DNA from: Camelus ferus
Taxonomy: Eukaryota
Direction of reading: 5' to 3'
Assembly: GCF_009834535.1 (NCBI RefSeq)
Contig: NC_045697.1
Location: 68,574,001 to 68,638,000, forward strand
Length of the DNA stretch: 64,000 nt
Notes under the pieces: model-generated
What the model was told of the DNA's origin: nothing
The model's database searches: none
What the model saw: the letters and a program-made list of their open reading frames with translations, nothing else
Shown: in pieces, positions 25,901-39,970 of the stretch
Layout: the number at the start of each line of letters is the position of its first letter
How positions within the stretch are numbered: position 1 is the first letter of the stretch
Program-made: the position numbers and the translations under genes

Positions 25901-26728
25901 TCTTGAGACTTTTTTGTTTGTTTGTTTGAATTTCCTCTGATTTCATCATTGACCCATTGGTTTTTTTGTAGCATGTTGGTTAATCTCCATGTAATCATTC
26001 TTTTCTTGTTCCTCTTCCTATGGTTGATTATTAATTGTGTGCCGTTGTGGTCAGAAAAGACATTAGAAATAATTTCAATCCTCTTAAAATTGTTGAGGCT
26101 TGTCTTATGCCCCAGTATGTTGTCTACCCTAGAAAATGTTCCATGTGCATTTGAAAAGAAAGTATACTCTTTTTTTTTGGATGTAATGTCCTGAAGGTAT
26201 CAATTAAGTCTCACTGTTCTATGGTGTCACTTAAGTCTGTTGCCTTACTCATTCTGTCTGGAAGATCTGTCCACTGATGTCAGTGGAGTGTTAAAAGTCT
26301 CCTACTGTTATTGTATTCCCATCAATTTTTCCCTTTATGTCTATTAGTATTTGTTTTATGTATCTAGGTGCTCCTATATTAGGTGCATATATGCTAAACG
26401 AGTACAATATCCTCTTCTTGTGTTGATCTTTTTATCATTTTATAAGTCCTTTTTATCTTTCTTTATGACCTTTATTTTAAAGTCTATTTTGTCTGATATG
26501 AGTATTGCTATCCCCACTTTCTTGTCATTACTATTTGCATGAAACGTTTTTTTTCCATCCCCTCACTTTTAATCTATGTGTGTCCTCCACCATAAAGTGG
26601 GTCTCTTGTAAGCAGCATATTGTAGGCTCTTATTTTGTTATCCAGTCTGTCACATTGTGTCTTTTGTTTGGAGCATTTAGTTTATTGACATGTAAGATAG
26701 TTATTGATAGGTATGTATTTATTGCCAT
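22961..26728 (-). pseudogene. L1 ORF2 (endonuclease/reverse transcriptase) remnant with stops and frameshifts
   Basis: Starts MAINTYLSI...W...ICCLQETH at 26728; RT motifs [18 protein letters not shown] and SLYADD (24607-24810); [18 protein letters not shown]-terminal [10 protein letters not shown]...WRGCGEKET. Confidence 0.9.
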
Positions 26729-27169
26729 TTTAAACTTGGTTTTCCAGTTGATTTTCCATTTTTTCCTTGTTCCTTTCTTTTTCTTTTCATTTTTCCTTTT
26801 GTGGTTTGATGATTTCTTTTGGTTTTTGTGAATCTATTGTAGGTTTCTGATTTGTGGTTACCCTGGTTTTTAAGTATATTAACCTAGTACTGAATCTACT
26901 TGCTTTAGACTAGTAGTTATATAAGCTCAAGCACTTTATAAAAAAAAGGAAATCTACATTTTCTTAGTCCCCTCCCCCACATTTTATGATTTTGATGTCC
27001 TGCCAACATCTTCATGTTTATCCTTGTACTGTTCATTTTAATTATGATAGCTTTCATAATTAAAAAGAAATTACATCCTGGCCTTTTTAAGTGACCTACA
27101 ATCCTTTTATATATTTGCTTTCTCTGTTGTGATTTTTTCCTTTCCTATAGATTCTTGCTTTTTTTCTAT

Positions 27170-28043
27170 TTAGAGAAGACTTTTCAATATTTCTTTTAGA
27201 ATAGGTTTAGTATTGCTGTATTCTTTCAGTCTTTGCTTGTCTGAGAAATTGTTTATTTCTCCTTCTACTCTAAATGATAATTTTGCCTCATAGAGTACCC
27301 TAGGTTTTAGTTTTTTACCCTTTCAGGACTCTGAATATATCTTGCTACTTCTTTCTGGTTTGCAACATTTCTGTAGAGAATTCAGCTGATAGCCTTATGG
27401 GGGTTCCATTGAAACTAACTCTGTTTTTTCTCTTGCTGCTTTTGGAATCATCTCTTTCTCTTTAACTTTTGCCATTTTAATTATAATATGTCTTGGTGTA
27501 GGTCTGTTCGGATTCATCTGGTTTGGGACCCTCTGTGCTTCCTGAAAGTGGATATCTGTTTCCTTCTTTAAGTTTGGGAAGTTTTCAGCTATAATTTCCT
27601 CAAATACATTTTTGATCCTCTTTTCTCTTTTCCTTCCCAGATTCCTATTATGCATAGATTGGCATGCTTTATATTCCATAGGTTTCATATATTGACTTTT
27701 TTTCACTTGTTCTTCTGTCTCCTTTTGTGATTGGGTGATTTGTTATTCTATCTTCCAGAGCATTTATTCATTCTTCTGCATTATTTAGTTTGCTATTTAT
27801 TGCCTTTAGCTCAGTTTTCATAGGAATTGAGTTGCCTAATTTTGAGTGGCTCCTCTTTGTTTCTAGTTTCTTATTACAGTGATCTGCATTTCTATTGACA
27901 GCTTTTTAAAATTCCTTCAGCATTTTTATTATGTCCTTTTTGAACTCGGGTTCTTGTAGACTGAAAATGTCTGTTTCATTGTTTATTTTTTCAGGGAATT
28001 TCTCTTGCTCTTTTAATTGGGAGGAATTCCTCTGCTTCTCCAT
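27170..28043 (-). pseudogene. L1 ORF1 remnant
   Basis: EEIIAENFPNL...QEAQRVP...RPTPRHIIIKM in ORF 27395-27706; start MEKQRNSSQLKEQ at 28043; end LKSLL* at 27170. Confidence 0.85.
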
Positions 28044-28858
28044 TTCACTTATATTTCCCTGACTCTATGGATTTAGGAGAAACAGCTATCTACTTTGTTC
28101 TTGAAGGTCTATTTTTATGTAGAAGCATTCCTGCGTAGCCTGTGTGAGTCTGTTACTTTTGTTGCAGGGGCTGTGTTTGGTCTGGATGCCTGCCACATCT
28201 TTTCTCAGGGTGTGCTGGCCATTAGTCATCTCTCTGATAGGGAGTGTGATTGGTGTTGTGGTAACTAGAGCCTGTACTGGATGTTAGACATGGCTTCCTC
28301 TTTTTCTGTGGTCATCACAGCCCTGTTGGGGGGCAGGGTCTGCTCTCCATTTATTGGAGTAGAAGCCTCCAGATCCACTTCTAAGCTGCAGTGTGAGGTA
28401 GGCAGGATTGGAGCACTCTCACTTAGAAAAAAGCCACTGAGCATTTCTCTGCAGGAGCTGTCTACCAGGACATGTGCTCTGTGATCTCACCTGTCACCCA
28501 TTGTGGGCTCACAAAGTACACCGTTGTTGGCAGTGCCCTCAGCCCACCTCAGCTGTGGGAAAGCTGGCAATTGGCATGGATGTCCTTCAGGCACTGCATT
28601 CACAAAGCTACCAGCACAGATTGGCTGAAGACACACACCCTGACCCACTGTGGGAGTGCCAGGAATAAGCCCAGACTCCAGCCTTGCCTCCTCCGTGCAC
28701 ACGCCCACAAAGATTTCCTTTGGCTTTGCATCACAATAACTTTTTTGGCCTCCAAAGGCACATTTTAACTAATAACAGAAGGATTCAACACTGAATTCAT
28801 TCTTACGTAGCCTAAGTATATAAATTTAAATTTTAAGTTGTTTGTGATTTATGCATTC

Positions 28859-29302
28859 TGTGTTAGTTTGCTAGGGCTGCCAGAACAAAGCACCACAAAC
28901 TGGGTGGCCCAAACACCAGAAATTTATTATCTCACAGTTCTGGAGGCTGAAAGTTTGAGATCAAGGTGTTGGCAGGGTTGAGTCTTTCTCTGGGCTATGA
29001 GGGCTAATCTGTCCCATGCCTCTCGCCTAGCTTCTGGTAGTTTTCTGGTAAACTTCCGTGTCCCTTAGCTTCTGCTACATTACCCTGATTTCTGTTTCAT
29101 CTTCGCATGGACCTCTGTGTGCATCCATACAGAGAAAATTCTCCCTTTTATAAGGACAGAGTCATAATGCAGTAGGGTCCACCCTAATGATCTGACTTAA
29201 TGTAATGGTATGCAAACATCCTATTTCCAAGTAAAGTCACATTCACAGATACTGGAAGTCTGGATATCAACATCTTCTTGGAGGACACATTTCAGCCATA
29301 TA
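28859..29302 (-). mobile_element. MaLR LTR, MLT1B/C-like
   Basis: ttagtttgctagggctgcc...ctcacagttctggaggct...ctatttccaagtaaagtcacattc. Confidence 0.85.
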
Positions 29303-31366
29303 TATATGAAAGATTTTTTCATATGCACAAGTAAGTTACAACAAATTCTAGTAAGATATATACATTGAAGATGACCTAGTAATTCCAGTAACATTGCTAT
29401 AATATTTAGCCTGAGCAAAAGAAAAAGAAAAACTTTATACTTTGTTTTGCTGCGTGTCTTATTTTATCATCAATCTGACGTGGGTAGAATTTATCTCAGT
29501 AAACTGACATATATTGACTGTTACTACATGCAAAACATTTTGCTACACACTTTGGGTGATATGAAGATACACAGTTTAGGACTTTGCTTTTTAATAATTT
29601 ATAATATTGTATTTATAAAAATAGCAAGGATACAAAGACATTTAACTCTACACTCTGCAATTTAAGAAAAATGTTAGAGTCCTTCGGTTTTGTACACATT
29701 TCTTCATTGCAGAGTTTTGTTTATACTCTGAGAGCTGGAAGTTGTGAAGAGACCTTGAATCTTGTAATTCTATGAATTTATACCTCCATTTATATTGAGA
29801 CTGATTATAATAGAACAAGACCTTTTCAACTGATAAAGGAAATTTAAAGCATTTTTATTGCTGAATAAAACAGTGATTGATTGCACAAAAGTTTCAATTG
29901 GTAGTTAACTTCTTGTTACAGGATTAGGATTTTACATTTATTTGACATTCATGAAAATTTATCTTTAGGTATTAATTGCTTCAGTTGAGAGTGAACCACT
30001 TTAGGCACAGGATCTGGGAAAGTAGTATTTCCTTTGCCTAAAAATTTGCTCTGTGACCCGTTAGCAAACAGCAGACAATATATTATCATTCTTACATAAA
30101 ATTCGGATTAATGCTATAGCAATTCAATTTCCTTGTCTCACTACTGTTTAAAAAAGAACAAAAATTTAGGCAAGTGAGACCACTCTCTTGAGAAGATGGG
30201 TTTAAGTGTCATGATCTGTATAATCCTATAGATTACATAGAATCCCTTTTCACTTCTGAAGCAGTTTACAAGATTAAATTCAAAATGATATCATTTGTAT
30301 TTTTGGGATAGAGTCTTTTTACAAATCATTTACAACAAGATTTAAGACATACTTAAACTTGGGAAGAGAAGATAAGCTTCAGCAAAGAATTTATGCCTCC
30401 CCTATGATATCATCTGCTAAGAATAATGTTAAATCCAACTTCAGATCTTTGTAGAGAAAATTATATGTATAGGCTCCAAGGTAAACTAAAGACAATTGAT
30501 CAGTAAGATCTACCTCACATAAAGAAAATACCATAATCCACAGGGCATATATCATTCTGGATATCTGAATTATCTAGATTCCTGAGCTATAACCTTTTAA
30601 ATACTATCAATTAAAATTTTTAATTATTTTTAAAGGCCACATTTCTTCAACATACTCTGTGCTTCACTGTCATGTTAAGTAGAAGATGTTTAATGAAGCT
30701 TTCTTGACACCATCGTCATTATCAGTTAATATTTGTTACTTAATACAGCAAAATATGGTTTCAGGCACAGATGTATAATAAACAGGTTGAGTCCTGAGGG
30801 GGCCCCGACCAAGACATGGGCTCTGAATTTTCTTTCTTGATGTCAGTTTGCTTTTTAAATATGTCACCTCATTATAGAAGCTGCCTTGTGAAAAATTAAT
30901 TGGTATCTCATGATTTGATGTTACCTTCTTCTATGTGGCTTTCTTATTGTTCAGGAAATTATATTCTTCATTGCGTTAATCACCATCACTCAAAGTTTTA
31001 TCTCTGACTGAATACTGTTGGCTCAAAAGTCCTTCCCAAAATCTTGTATCGTTTCTTCCGTAGTAAGTATCTCACTTTCAAAAAACATAAAGAAAACACA
31101 TGCCATATCTTTTTAAGAATTAGGTTAAAAAAATTTTGGAGAGGTAGCTTACTATAAGTTCAATACATACAAGAGAGATTTTTGTAGACAAGACTCTAAA
31201 ATTTTCTTAGTGCTTGACATTTATTCGAATTCTAGGCGTAAGTAATATGGATCATACTTAACCTACATAAATATTACATTTAGTATCGATTATGAGTACA
31301 AGATTACAAATCAAAGAACCTTTTTTATCTTGATTTTTATAGGTAAGACTCAGCTTTTAAAATACA

Positions 31367-31530
31367 TAGTGCATTGAACGATGTAGGAGTTAGGAGCACC
31401 AATGTGTGCACAGTGGAAAATATACATATAACTTTGCAGTCAGCCTTACAAGCTCATGGTTCTGCATCCATGGATTCAACTAACTGCAGATCTCTTTTGG
31501 CAATGTAGTATTTATTGAGGATAATCATGG
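31367..31530. mobile_element. TcMar-Tigger-derived MITE fragment (MER8/MER2-like)
   Basis: ttgaacgatgtaggagttagg...gaaaatatacatataact; ggttctgcatccatggattcaactaac. Confidence 0.6.
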
Positions 31531-33029
31531 GGACGTCTGATTTAAAACAATGGAAAACTTAAAATAAGGCACATACAATACATTTTTAGCAACCTTGGTG
31601 ATAATGAGGTAGATAATAAATTCCAGAACTGCTAAAACTGAGTTACAACACTAGTTTTAAAATAGCTGCTGATTGGGAAAATAAGCTATATTAATTAAAA
31701 TGCCAGAGAGCAAGAAAACAAATGTCTAATTTAAAGTCAGATACAAACTTAGAGGTCACAAGGGTAGATCATTCAAATAACAGATCCTGTTTGCAATTTA
31801 GCTGCTTCTCACACAGGGAACTGTAGGCAGCTGCCCCAGAGTGAGGAAGAGCAGGAATTTATTTCTGTTACCACAGCTCATGATAACCTTGGGCAACTCC
31901 TACTTCTGAAATCCCTTGTGTAATAACATTTAATATCCTGAACATTAACATATTTAGCAAATATTCAATTGGTCAGTAATACTAAAGGACAAAAGATGAT
32001 TAAAAAATAATCCTGAACAAAAAACTGCCTCCTCAATGAACTCTATAATCATTAAATAAGAGATGAGTTTCCTCAAGAAAACCTAATGTCAAATGATACT
32101 GATAATTCAATTGAAAGAGATGAGAACAAACTAAAGCAAATAAGAGACTTATTGGATGAAATTATTGGAAAGGATTAGTTGGTGGTAGGGGGAAGGCTTT
32201 TCTAACTAGTTCTGTTTTTCTAATGAGTTCTGATCTAGAAAATATTTAAACGATTTTTACAGATGTTACAATTGTTCAATTGAATAATTAATATGTTATC
32301 TGAAGAGTTGTGACTGGCAACTTTCTCCTACATTCTAAATTTTCATTTTTCTATTTTCCTTTTATGAACATATTTTCATATTATGTAATACAGAAGAACA
32401 GAATTAAGAAAAAGACAGTAAAATTATAAAGTTTTATCTTAAATGAATACACGCAAGGGTGTTGCAACATATGTAATACACTTCAAATGCTCTTGATCAT
32501 CTGAACTTCCTGTGACCAGAATTATATTTTACATGATTCACATGGAATATAAAAAGGCAACTACTGAAGAAATACCATATGGATAAAAGCAGTTGTATTC
32601 TTTTATTTATTCGTTCTTCTCCGTAAGTTGGGGATTATGTAGCTAGAGTTTAACTTCATCACATAAACACCTAGAGGGAAATACAGGTTCCAGGGCTCCA
32701 CCCAAGAGTACAGACTATAGCAGCTGGGGAGTTGTTAGATGTTGGGGGGTTCTGTTGTGTTATCAACTCATTTGGTAATTGTTAAGCAGTATCTATGTTT
32801 GAAAACTACTGATCAAGCACATCACCTGCTTTATTTTACAGCCATAGAACAAAGAACTAGGTGATTGAGCAATATGCTCAGGGTTTACCTAGCCAGGACG
32901 TGAGCTGAAGGTTTCCATCAACCATAAGTTCTGTGCTGTTTTTCCAGCTCACTTCGGTTTAATTCATCCAGGATTCACTGACCATTTATTCTGAGTTTTA
33001 TTGTTCCAATCTTAAATGATTAATTTTAG

Positions 33030-33202
33030 ATACAGTTTTCTTAAACTAGAATATATTGAAAGATTTCAGGGCTTGAATCCTCTGAATTTATGCTAAATTT
33101 TAGGTTATTTATGTAAGTCCATTTTTAATCAATGAAGTTTCCATAACTTTTATCAAAAATTTCAAGGAGAAGAAATTATACTACCCCTTAAAATGAAGAA
33201 CT
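33030..33202. mobile_element. hAT-Charlie MITE, MER103-like
   Basis: ctgaatttatgctaaatttt...ccataacttttatcaaa...ttcaagg...aagaac resembles MER103C. Confidence 0.45.
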
Positions 33203-35289
33203 TTTGTTCCAAATCTGTATCTCTGATTTGTTGTTCAGGGCCACGTCAGAAGTAGAGCATTAAACCCCCAGAGGCTTGGTATTTAATATTTATCTTCCTC
33301 AAATATATAGGCTACTGGGGGATTTGTTACTACACTTTAATCTTTTTCTCTTCCTCTCCTATTTGTACATAAAATTTATACAAAGTAAGACATACTGAAT
33401 ATTCCTTTTATGATTTTTATTTTCCACTTTTACAATTTCAGAGAAATAAAGAGTAAGAAAATAAATCAAGTGGATAACACATGCACAATAACATCATTGA
33501 CTTTGTTCCAACATGCCTAGTGTTTGGAAAGTAATTGCATCGTCTGGTCAGGGAATGAGATGCTAAAGTAAAAAAGAAAGGCTTTTCATCAGATGTCTTT
33601 ATTTGGCATTATATTTTATATGAAAGCATTAGTAATATATATTTAGAAAGAATGCAACAAATACACATACTGTTTTTGTGGTGGGAAATTTTTTGAGGAA
33701 AAAATAGAGACTTAAATGTTTTGCAAGAACAAATTCTTCTCTCTCGAGGTTAGAAGAGCAATTTATGATCCTTTGAGCAGTTGATGGAGGACATCATCAA
33801 AGTGGAATTACTTTGTGAGAAACCTGTCAGCTTACCTTTACATTAATAGATAATACCTGTGGAATCTATCTGTGGGGAAAGAAAAGCTGTTTCAGTAAGT
33901 GGTGTCTCTGTTGTACTTTTCAACCTAAGCTAGTTACATTACCTCAAAGTGGAAAAAAAAAAAAAACCTGCAAAATACCCTTTTTTCTAACCAAATTGAC
34001 TATTATTGATTATCAGGTACTTCAGATTATGTCAAAATCCTAGCTTTTGGATTGTCCTAATGACCATGCTGGAGACCCAGACTAGTTAAAAGTATGTATT
34101 AAAATACATATTATACCTGCAATTGTTTGGATGTTACATCATAATCATAGTGAATTTAATAAGTTGAAGTATCAACTGATAGACCAGAAAAGAAGTTGCA
34201 ACAAAATAAGCTGCTAAAACTTTCAAAATATAATTTAATATACTGATTTATTCATTGATGAATATTTGGTGAGTGGTGATCCTTTATAATATAATTGGAT
34301 TTAAAATGCCACTTGTAACAATAAAAAGCTGTAGTAGATTTTATCTTAAGAGAAACATCCATTTTTCTCACTAAGTTTCATGTATGTAAGACTATACATG
34401 TCAGAAACATATTATATTCATTTCCATTATGGCCAGGAACACTTAACAAAATGTGACTTATTTGACCCAAAGTAAACCTGTGAAGTCCAGAGAATTTGGT
34501 GATATCACCCTTGCTATTTGACATTCAAGTGAGGATTCCTTCCCAATTTTTAATCATCCAACACTCTTCTGTTATATAGCTTGTTCCCCTTCACCCAAAC
34601 ATGGGTGGTGCTGATAGCAGCCATTTGAACATGTTTAACTAATTTATTTTCCTTTAGAGTTCGTGTTGTAGCTCAGCCAAGCATTAAACTCCTCTCTAAC
34701 TGTAAAATATAAAATTGTTTTTCTTGGAAGTTAATTAAAGGAGGGAGCCTCTAAATGACACTATATTTACTGAAATGCAGAATAATTCTGAATGCAAAGC
34801 TGATGTCATTTTTTGAGGTTCTCTAGTGGTAATGGTAGGAGAATATATAAACAGAAAAGATGGAAGCTGTCTTTCTGTTCATCTGTCGTGGTAATGTTGC
34901 ACAGTGAGCTAGTCTGCTGTACCTTCTGAAGGTTTACTGCACAGAGGGCTTGGGATGTGGGTGGGCACATCTGGGACACAAAAACATATTTGAGGGTCCT
35001 ATTTTTGTGTGACATCATGTAAAAATGAACATATAACCTTAACATGTTCTTTCAGTTTATAATGTGACAATAATAATTCTCAGAGAAATTAATATGCAAG
35101 TAAGTTAACAAATAAATATATTTCCTTAAAAATAATGTATAATTCCAGTAGGATGATAAGTAGTTACATGTCAGGATATATTATGCCTAGGAAATATTCT
35201 TTTTAGTTATAAATGTTCATCAAAGACATAATAGGCTTTCAAGAATTGCTTGAGTGGTAAAAGGGAAACAGCTTAGCAAACTATAGTAA

Positions 35290-37260
35290 AGGAAGGATTT
35301 CAGATATGGCAGAGTAAGTTGTTGCAAACAAAGTCTCTAAGAAAAATTAGGGAATTTATTTTTGTTTCTATCTAGTCAGGAGAGTGGAGAGCTACACAGA
35401 CAACCATGTCTTGTAGGGGCAGGAACCTAGTGAGAAGGGTGAGGAGGGAACAACACTGAGGTGAGCATTACATTGCCCTGAAGGACTCTTTTAGTTCCTT
35501 AGCAGCACAAGACCAAAAGGCAGCCACAAAGGAGGTAGGACTCTAAGATGAGAGATTGGCCTTTTTAGGGTCTATAGAAATAAACCTTATAGTTCAAAAG
35601 TCCAAGACAGCAGGACTTGAGGGGACAAAGGTTCCAAAGAAAAGGGAAGAACGTGGATGAAAGTCTGGCATTGTGTCATTTTCCCCTCCTCAAGACATTT
35701 GCTAAATTTTATTTGATGTACAGCCAAGAATATAGGAAGTAGAGTCAAAAGTGGCAGGTAAAGATCTGAGCAGCCTCACAGAGTGTTTGGCAATTTCACG
35801 TGATGGAGGGAAGAAAACTGGAGGAGAAACTCTAGTCGTTATCACTGACTTCCTGTTGGGATCACAGAAAGGTTACACCCTACGAATATGGGTGATGAGA
35901 ATTAGATCAACTCTCACAAAAATGGGAAGCTCAGTCCTTAACAAGCAAAATTCCATGCTGGAAAAAATTGGTTTGCCCCATATTTAAGGTGCCTGAAAAA
36001 GCAGAAGGATATTCTGTCTGGAGGAAGATAATGTGATTATCTCTAAAATTTTTCACAAGTTATGACCCACATTTGATCAAACTTATTAGGCATGCCAGGA
36101 AATAGAAAAGACAAACTAAGAAGATAAATAAACAATATGAGCAGATCCAAAGATGAACCAGATCTGGAGTTTCATACTATGGCCTTATGGACAGTAAAAT
36201 GCTTAACAAAATTGACAAGATGGAAAATTTCACCATGTTATTGAAATCTATAAATAATAACCAAGTGGAAATTATAGACATAATATAATAATTGACATTA
36301 AGAATGCAGTAGATGTATTTAATTACAGATTAGACTACTGAAGAAACGATCAGTGAACTAGAAGAGAGGTTGTTAAAAAAATATATATACAGACTGGAGT
36401 ACAGAGAGAAAAGAGGGTCTATGATACAGAAAAGAACATACAAGATACATGATATCGATGAAAAGATTTAACAGCTGCAATTGCATATTCAAAATAAGAA
36501 GAGAGAGAATGTTATAAAATGTTATAAAAGCAGTATTTAAGAGATAATGGGTGAGAACTTCCCACAACTGATAAAGATACCCGTCCACACAATCCAGAAG
36601 TTTAGGAAACATGGAGGAGGACTGGGGCGGGAAGCAAGAAAACCTTAGGAACGTTAGAGTAAAATTAGTTTTTAAAAAATGCATAAGGAAAATTTGAAAA
36701 AGCAGCCAGATAAATAAAAGACACATTACATTACAAGAAAAACTGTTTCTTAAAGAACCATGGAAGGCAGAAGATAATGCAATGATATGTTTAAAATGCT
36801 GAAAGAAAATATGTGTGAACTAGGAATTCTTTATCCAGGAAAAACACTCTTCAAAAATGAAGATGAAATAAAAATATTTCCAAACAAAACCTGAGAGAAC
36901 TCATCATAGCAAACCTGCATGAACCTATGTATTAAAAGGAGTTTATTAGATAGAAGAATAATCCCAAAGAGAAGCACAGAAATGAGGATGGAATGATGAG
37001 CAGTGGAGCATAAACATGTGGGTAAATCTAATCAATGTAACTCAAACAATGATAATAATAACCCCTCTGGGGTTAAAAAAGAGTTACAGAATTGAAAATT
37101 ATGACAATTATAGCATAAATGGCAAAGCAGTAGTTTTAAGTGAAATAAGATAGGTTTTAAATCTTTGCATTTTATAGGAAGTACTGCATATTAACTAATA
37201 ATGATTATGAGTAAAGTTAATGGGCTATTGCTCTCTGTCATAACAAAATATATAATGGAA
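35290..37260 (+). mobile_element. Ancient L1M/HAL1-type 5' region and ORF1 fossil
   Basis: cagattagactactgaagaaacgatcagtgaactagaaga; gagataatgggtgagaacttcccacaactg (EIM.ENFP.L); tttaaaatgctgaaagaaaa...aggaattctttatccag. No ORF2 follows. Confidence 0.7.
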
Positions 37261-37362
37261 GCAAAAGTATAATGTGTGAAATGGAATTGAAAATAAGACA
37301 TTATTGTAGAAAGTGTTTTCCAACATTAATTCACTATTCCTAAACATGGATTCTTTCTAGAC

Positions 37363-37646
37363 TAGTACTGATTAATAGAAATATAATATGAGTGTATGAC
37401 CATATTAAACAAGTAAAAATAAACATGAAAATAAGCATAATAGTATATTTAATATAACATATCTGAAATAGTACCATTTCAACATGTAATAAGTATAACT
37501 ATTAATCAGAATTTTACACCCTTGTTGTCAAAGTCTTCAAAATCTGGTGTGCATTTTAGACTTACAGCACATCTCAACTTGAATTAACCACATTTAGATG
37601 CTCAGTAGTCACGTGTGCTTAGTTGCTACCATCATGGACAGCAGAG
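37363..37646. mobile_element. MER33-like hAT-Charlie MITE
   Basis: aagtcttcaaaatctggtgtgcattttagacttacagcacatctcaa; 8-bp TSD ttctagac (37355-37362) / gtctagac (37647-37654), matching the Charlie NTCTAGAN target. Confidence 0.85.
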
Positions 37647-39714
37647 GTCTAGACTGTAGCAGGAATAAACTTGAAGGGCATCTCTATGAATTTGATCTAC
37701 TGCACCAGTAAGTAGTCTAATGATATTTTAGATACAAAACTTTATATTGTATTGCTTTAATAAGTCATTTTCTGTTTAGAATCTGGAGTTCCCTAATAAT
37801 ATAATCTCAGTAAGTTCCTGAAATATAATGCCACTTAGTGGTATGTATACTAAAATGAAAAGGAGTTTCTGTATGGACTACAATAACATCAGATAGTTCA
37901 CATCCAGTCCCTTCTAAAAATCAAAGTCAAGACCACTGTCATAGTCATTATTATATACTCAGTGCTTAACCCATAAATCAGTATCTATTAACTATTTATC
38001 TATTCTTAGTGTAAACTCAAAAAAACCTAAATGTCAATGAGATGCAATCTACAATAACTGACTAAAGCATGGCATTAATTTTTAGATTATTTAGTATTAA
38101 AAAAGATAAGTTAATTAAAAGAAAGTCTGTCACCTTCACCTCATTAAGGTAACTCTTCTATCTTGGTATCAAAGGTAAATGAAAAGCAGACTTTATAAAA
38201 ATGAAAATGTAATAGCTATTCTTGACCAGATTAGCACTTATTTCTAGAGGCATGCAGACTGTCCTCTACTGTAATCTCTTAATTACTACTTGGGGCCATA
38301 AACATAACCAATCTTTAGAAGAGAAATGCAAATATATTGCTTCAAAGACAGAAAAATATTATCTGGTCCAGAGAGTCTGTGTGACAGTTAAATTATGGAC
38401 TGTAAAAATGTAGCAGCCATATGATTCAGTGAGAACAAGTGAGCACACTTACCATTTAGAAGATTCTACTTTGCTGCCTGGGCGTATTTGTTTGGTTTTT
38501 TGTTTCATAATAGAAGCACTTTCTCTCTTAATTGGGAAAGGATTTGGTAGAGTGACATTAAATGTTCTTTTCAGAACAGAATGTCTTAAAAATGGACTGA
38601 GCTGTGGATATGCAAACAAGAATAGCATATTTTACTTATATCATTCATGAACTTTGAAAATGTATTATTTTACATAAATCAATGAACTCATTAATGTAAA
38701 TAACTTGCAACTTATCAACACTATTCATTAATAACTTACACATTTAGACTCCTAGGGTTAATATCTATAGATGTACTTAAAAGTGTAAAAAAAAAAAAAT
38801 ACTAATCATGAGGTTACTAAAATATGTTTAATAGTTTTGTCAAAAAAGTATACATATTTGAGACAGACAAAAATCTTTGGTGAAATCTTAACCATTAAAA
38901 AAAAAAGAAATATATAGTTTTTACATATGTTAATATCAAATAATTTTATTCTCAAAATAAATTTGCTTCCAATGAAGGTACATATTGATTTCCTAGATGT
39001 GCCTTCTCTCAACATTTATCCTTTCAACAAATATTTATTAAATGCTTATCTGCCCAAAACTATCTTATTATCTTTAGTACTGTGAACATAAAGTAACAAA
39101 AATCCATTTACATTCACCATTCACATACCAATAAAATTGAGAAAGACAAGTTTTGAAACAACTCTAAAAAGTAAAACAAACAACCCAGTGTCTAATTTAC
39201 AACTGCTGTGAGAAATGTCCACTAAATCTCTTGCCAAAAGAAGATAATTGATGAAAAAAATTAATGGAATATTCTTCACCCAATATGGTTTGAGTGCCTT
39301 CTATGTGACTGATACCAGTCCTAACATAGCCCTAATCAACACTTATCCCTTTTTCTCATGCCCCTCTCCTAAACATTGTATTATAGGATATACAGAGAAG
39401 TTGGAAATTGAGATGAGTAGTTTATAAGTACATATTTTTGAGAACACTGCATTCATAGATTTATAGTGTTTCATTGTAGACATGTGATAGGATGACAGTT
39501 ACAGGTTTAGAGTCAGTTTTATGAAGGATAATTAATAGATCTCAGTGAAAATTTGGACTTGGACACTTAAAATTTCTGCAGCCTTTGGAAGGCTGTCTCC
39601 CCTTTTTGAATATGAGTTTCCTCATTTTTCAAATAGAGTCAAGGCTATCCACCTTATACAGACTTTCTGGGCATATTAATTGAATTAAAGTATGTAAAGT
39701 AGTCTTTGCTCTTG

Positions 39715-39970
39715 AGAGGCAATATAGCTTCGTGGTCAAAAGCATAGGCTTTCCATGGATTGGAACCCCACCCTTGTTATCTGCTTTCTGTGTGTCCATA
39801 AGCAACTTACTTAACCTCTCTGTGCTTTGGTTTTCACATTTGGAAAATGGGAATGACACAATACTACCTATTTTGTAGTATTGTTTTGGGAAATAAATGA
39901 GTTAATTTGTTTAAAGCATATCAGGCCTGGTATATCAACATCATTAGGTAAATATCAAGTATTATTATTA
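39715..39970 (+). mobile_element. MIR SINE
   Basis: gcaacttacttaacctctctgtgctttggttttcacatttggaaaatggg core plus 5' and 3' parts. Confidence 0.75.

Larger units (their letters stand above)
22664..28710 (-). mobile_element. Near-full-length inactive L1 (~6.05 kb; 5'UTR, ORF1, ORF2, 3'UTR)
   Basis: Collinear ORF1 and ORF2 remnants; T-rich tail at ~22661; GC-richer 5' region; degenerate TSD agatttctgttgacttt (22647-22663) vs agatttcctttggcttt (28711-28727), 14/17 match. Confidence 0.93.
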
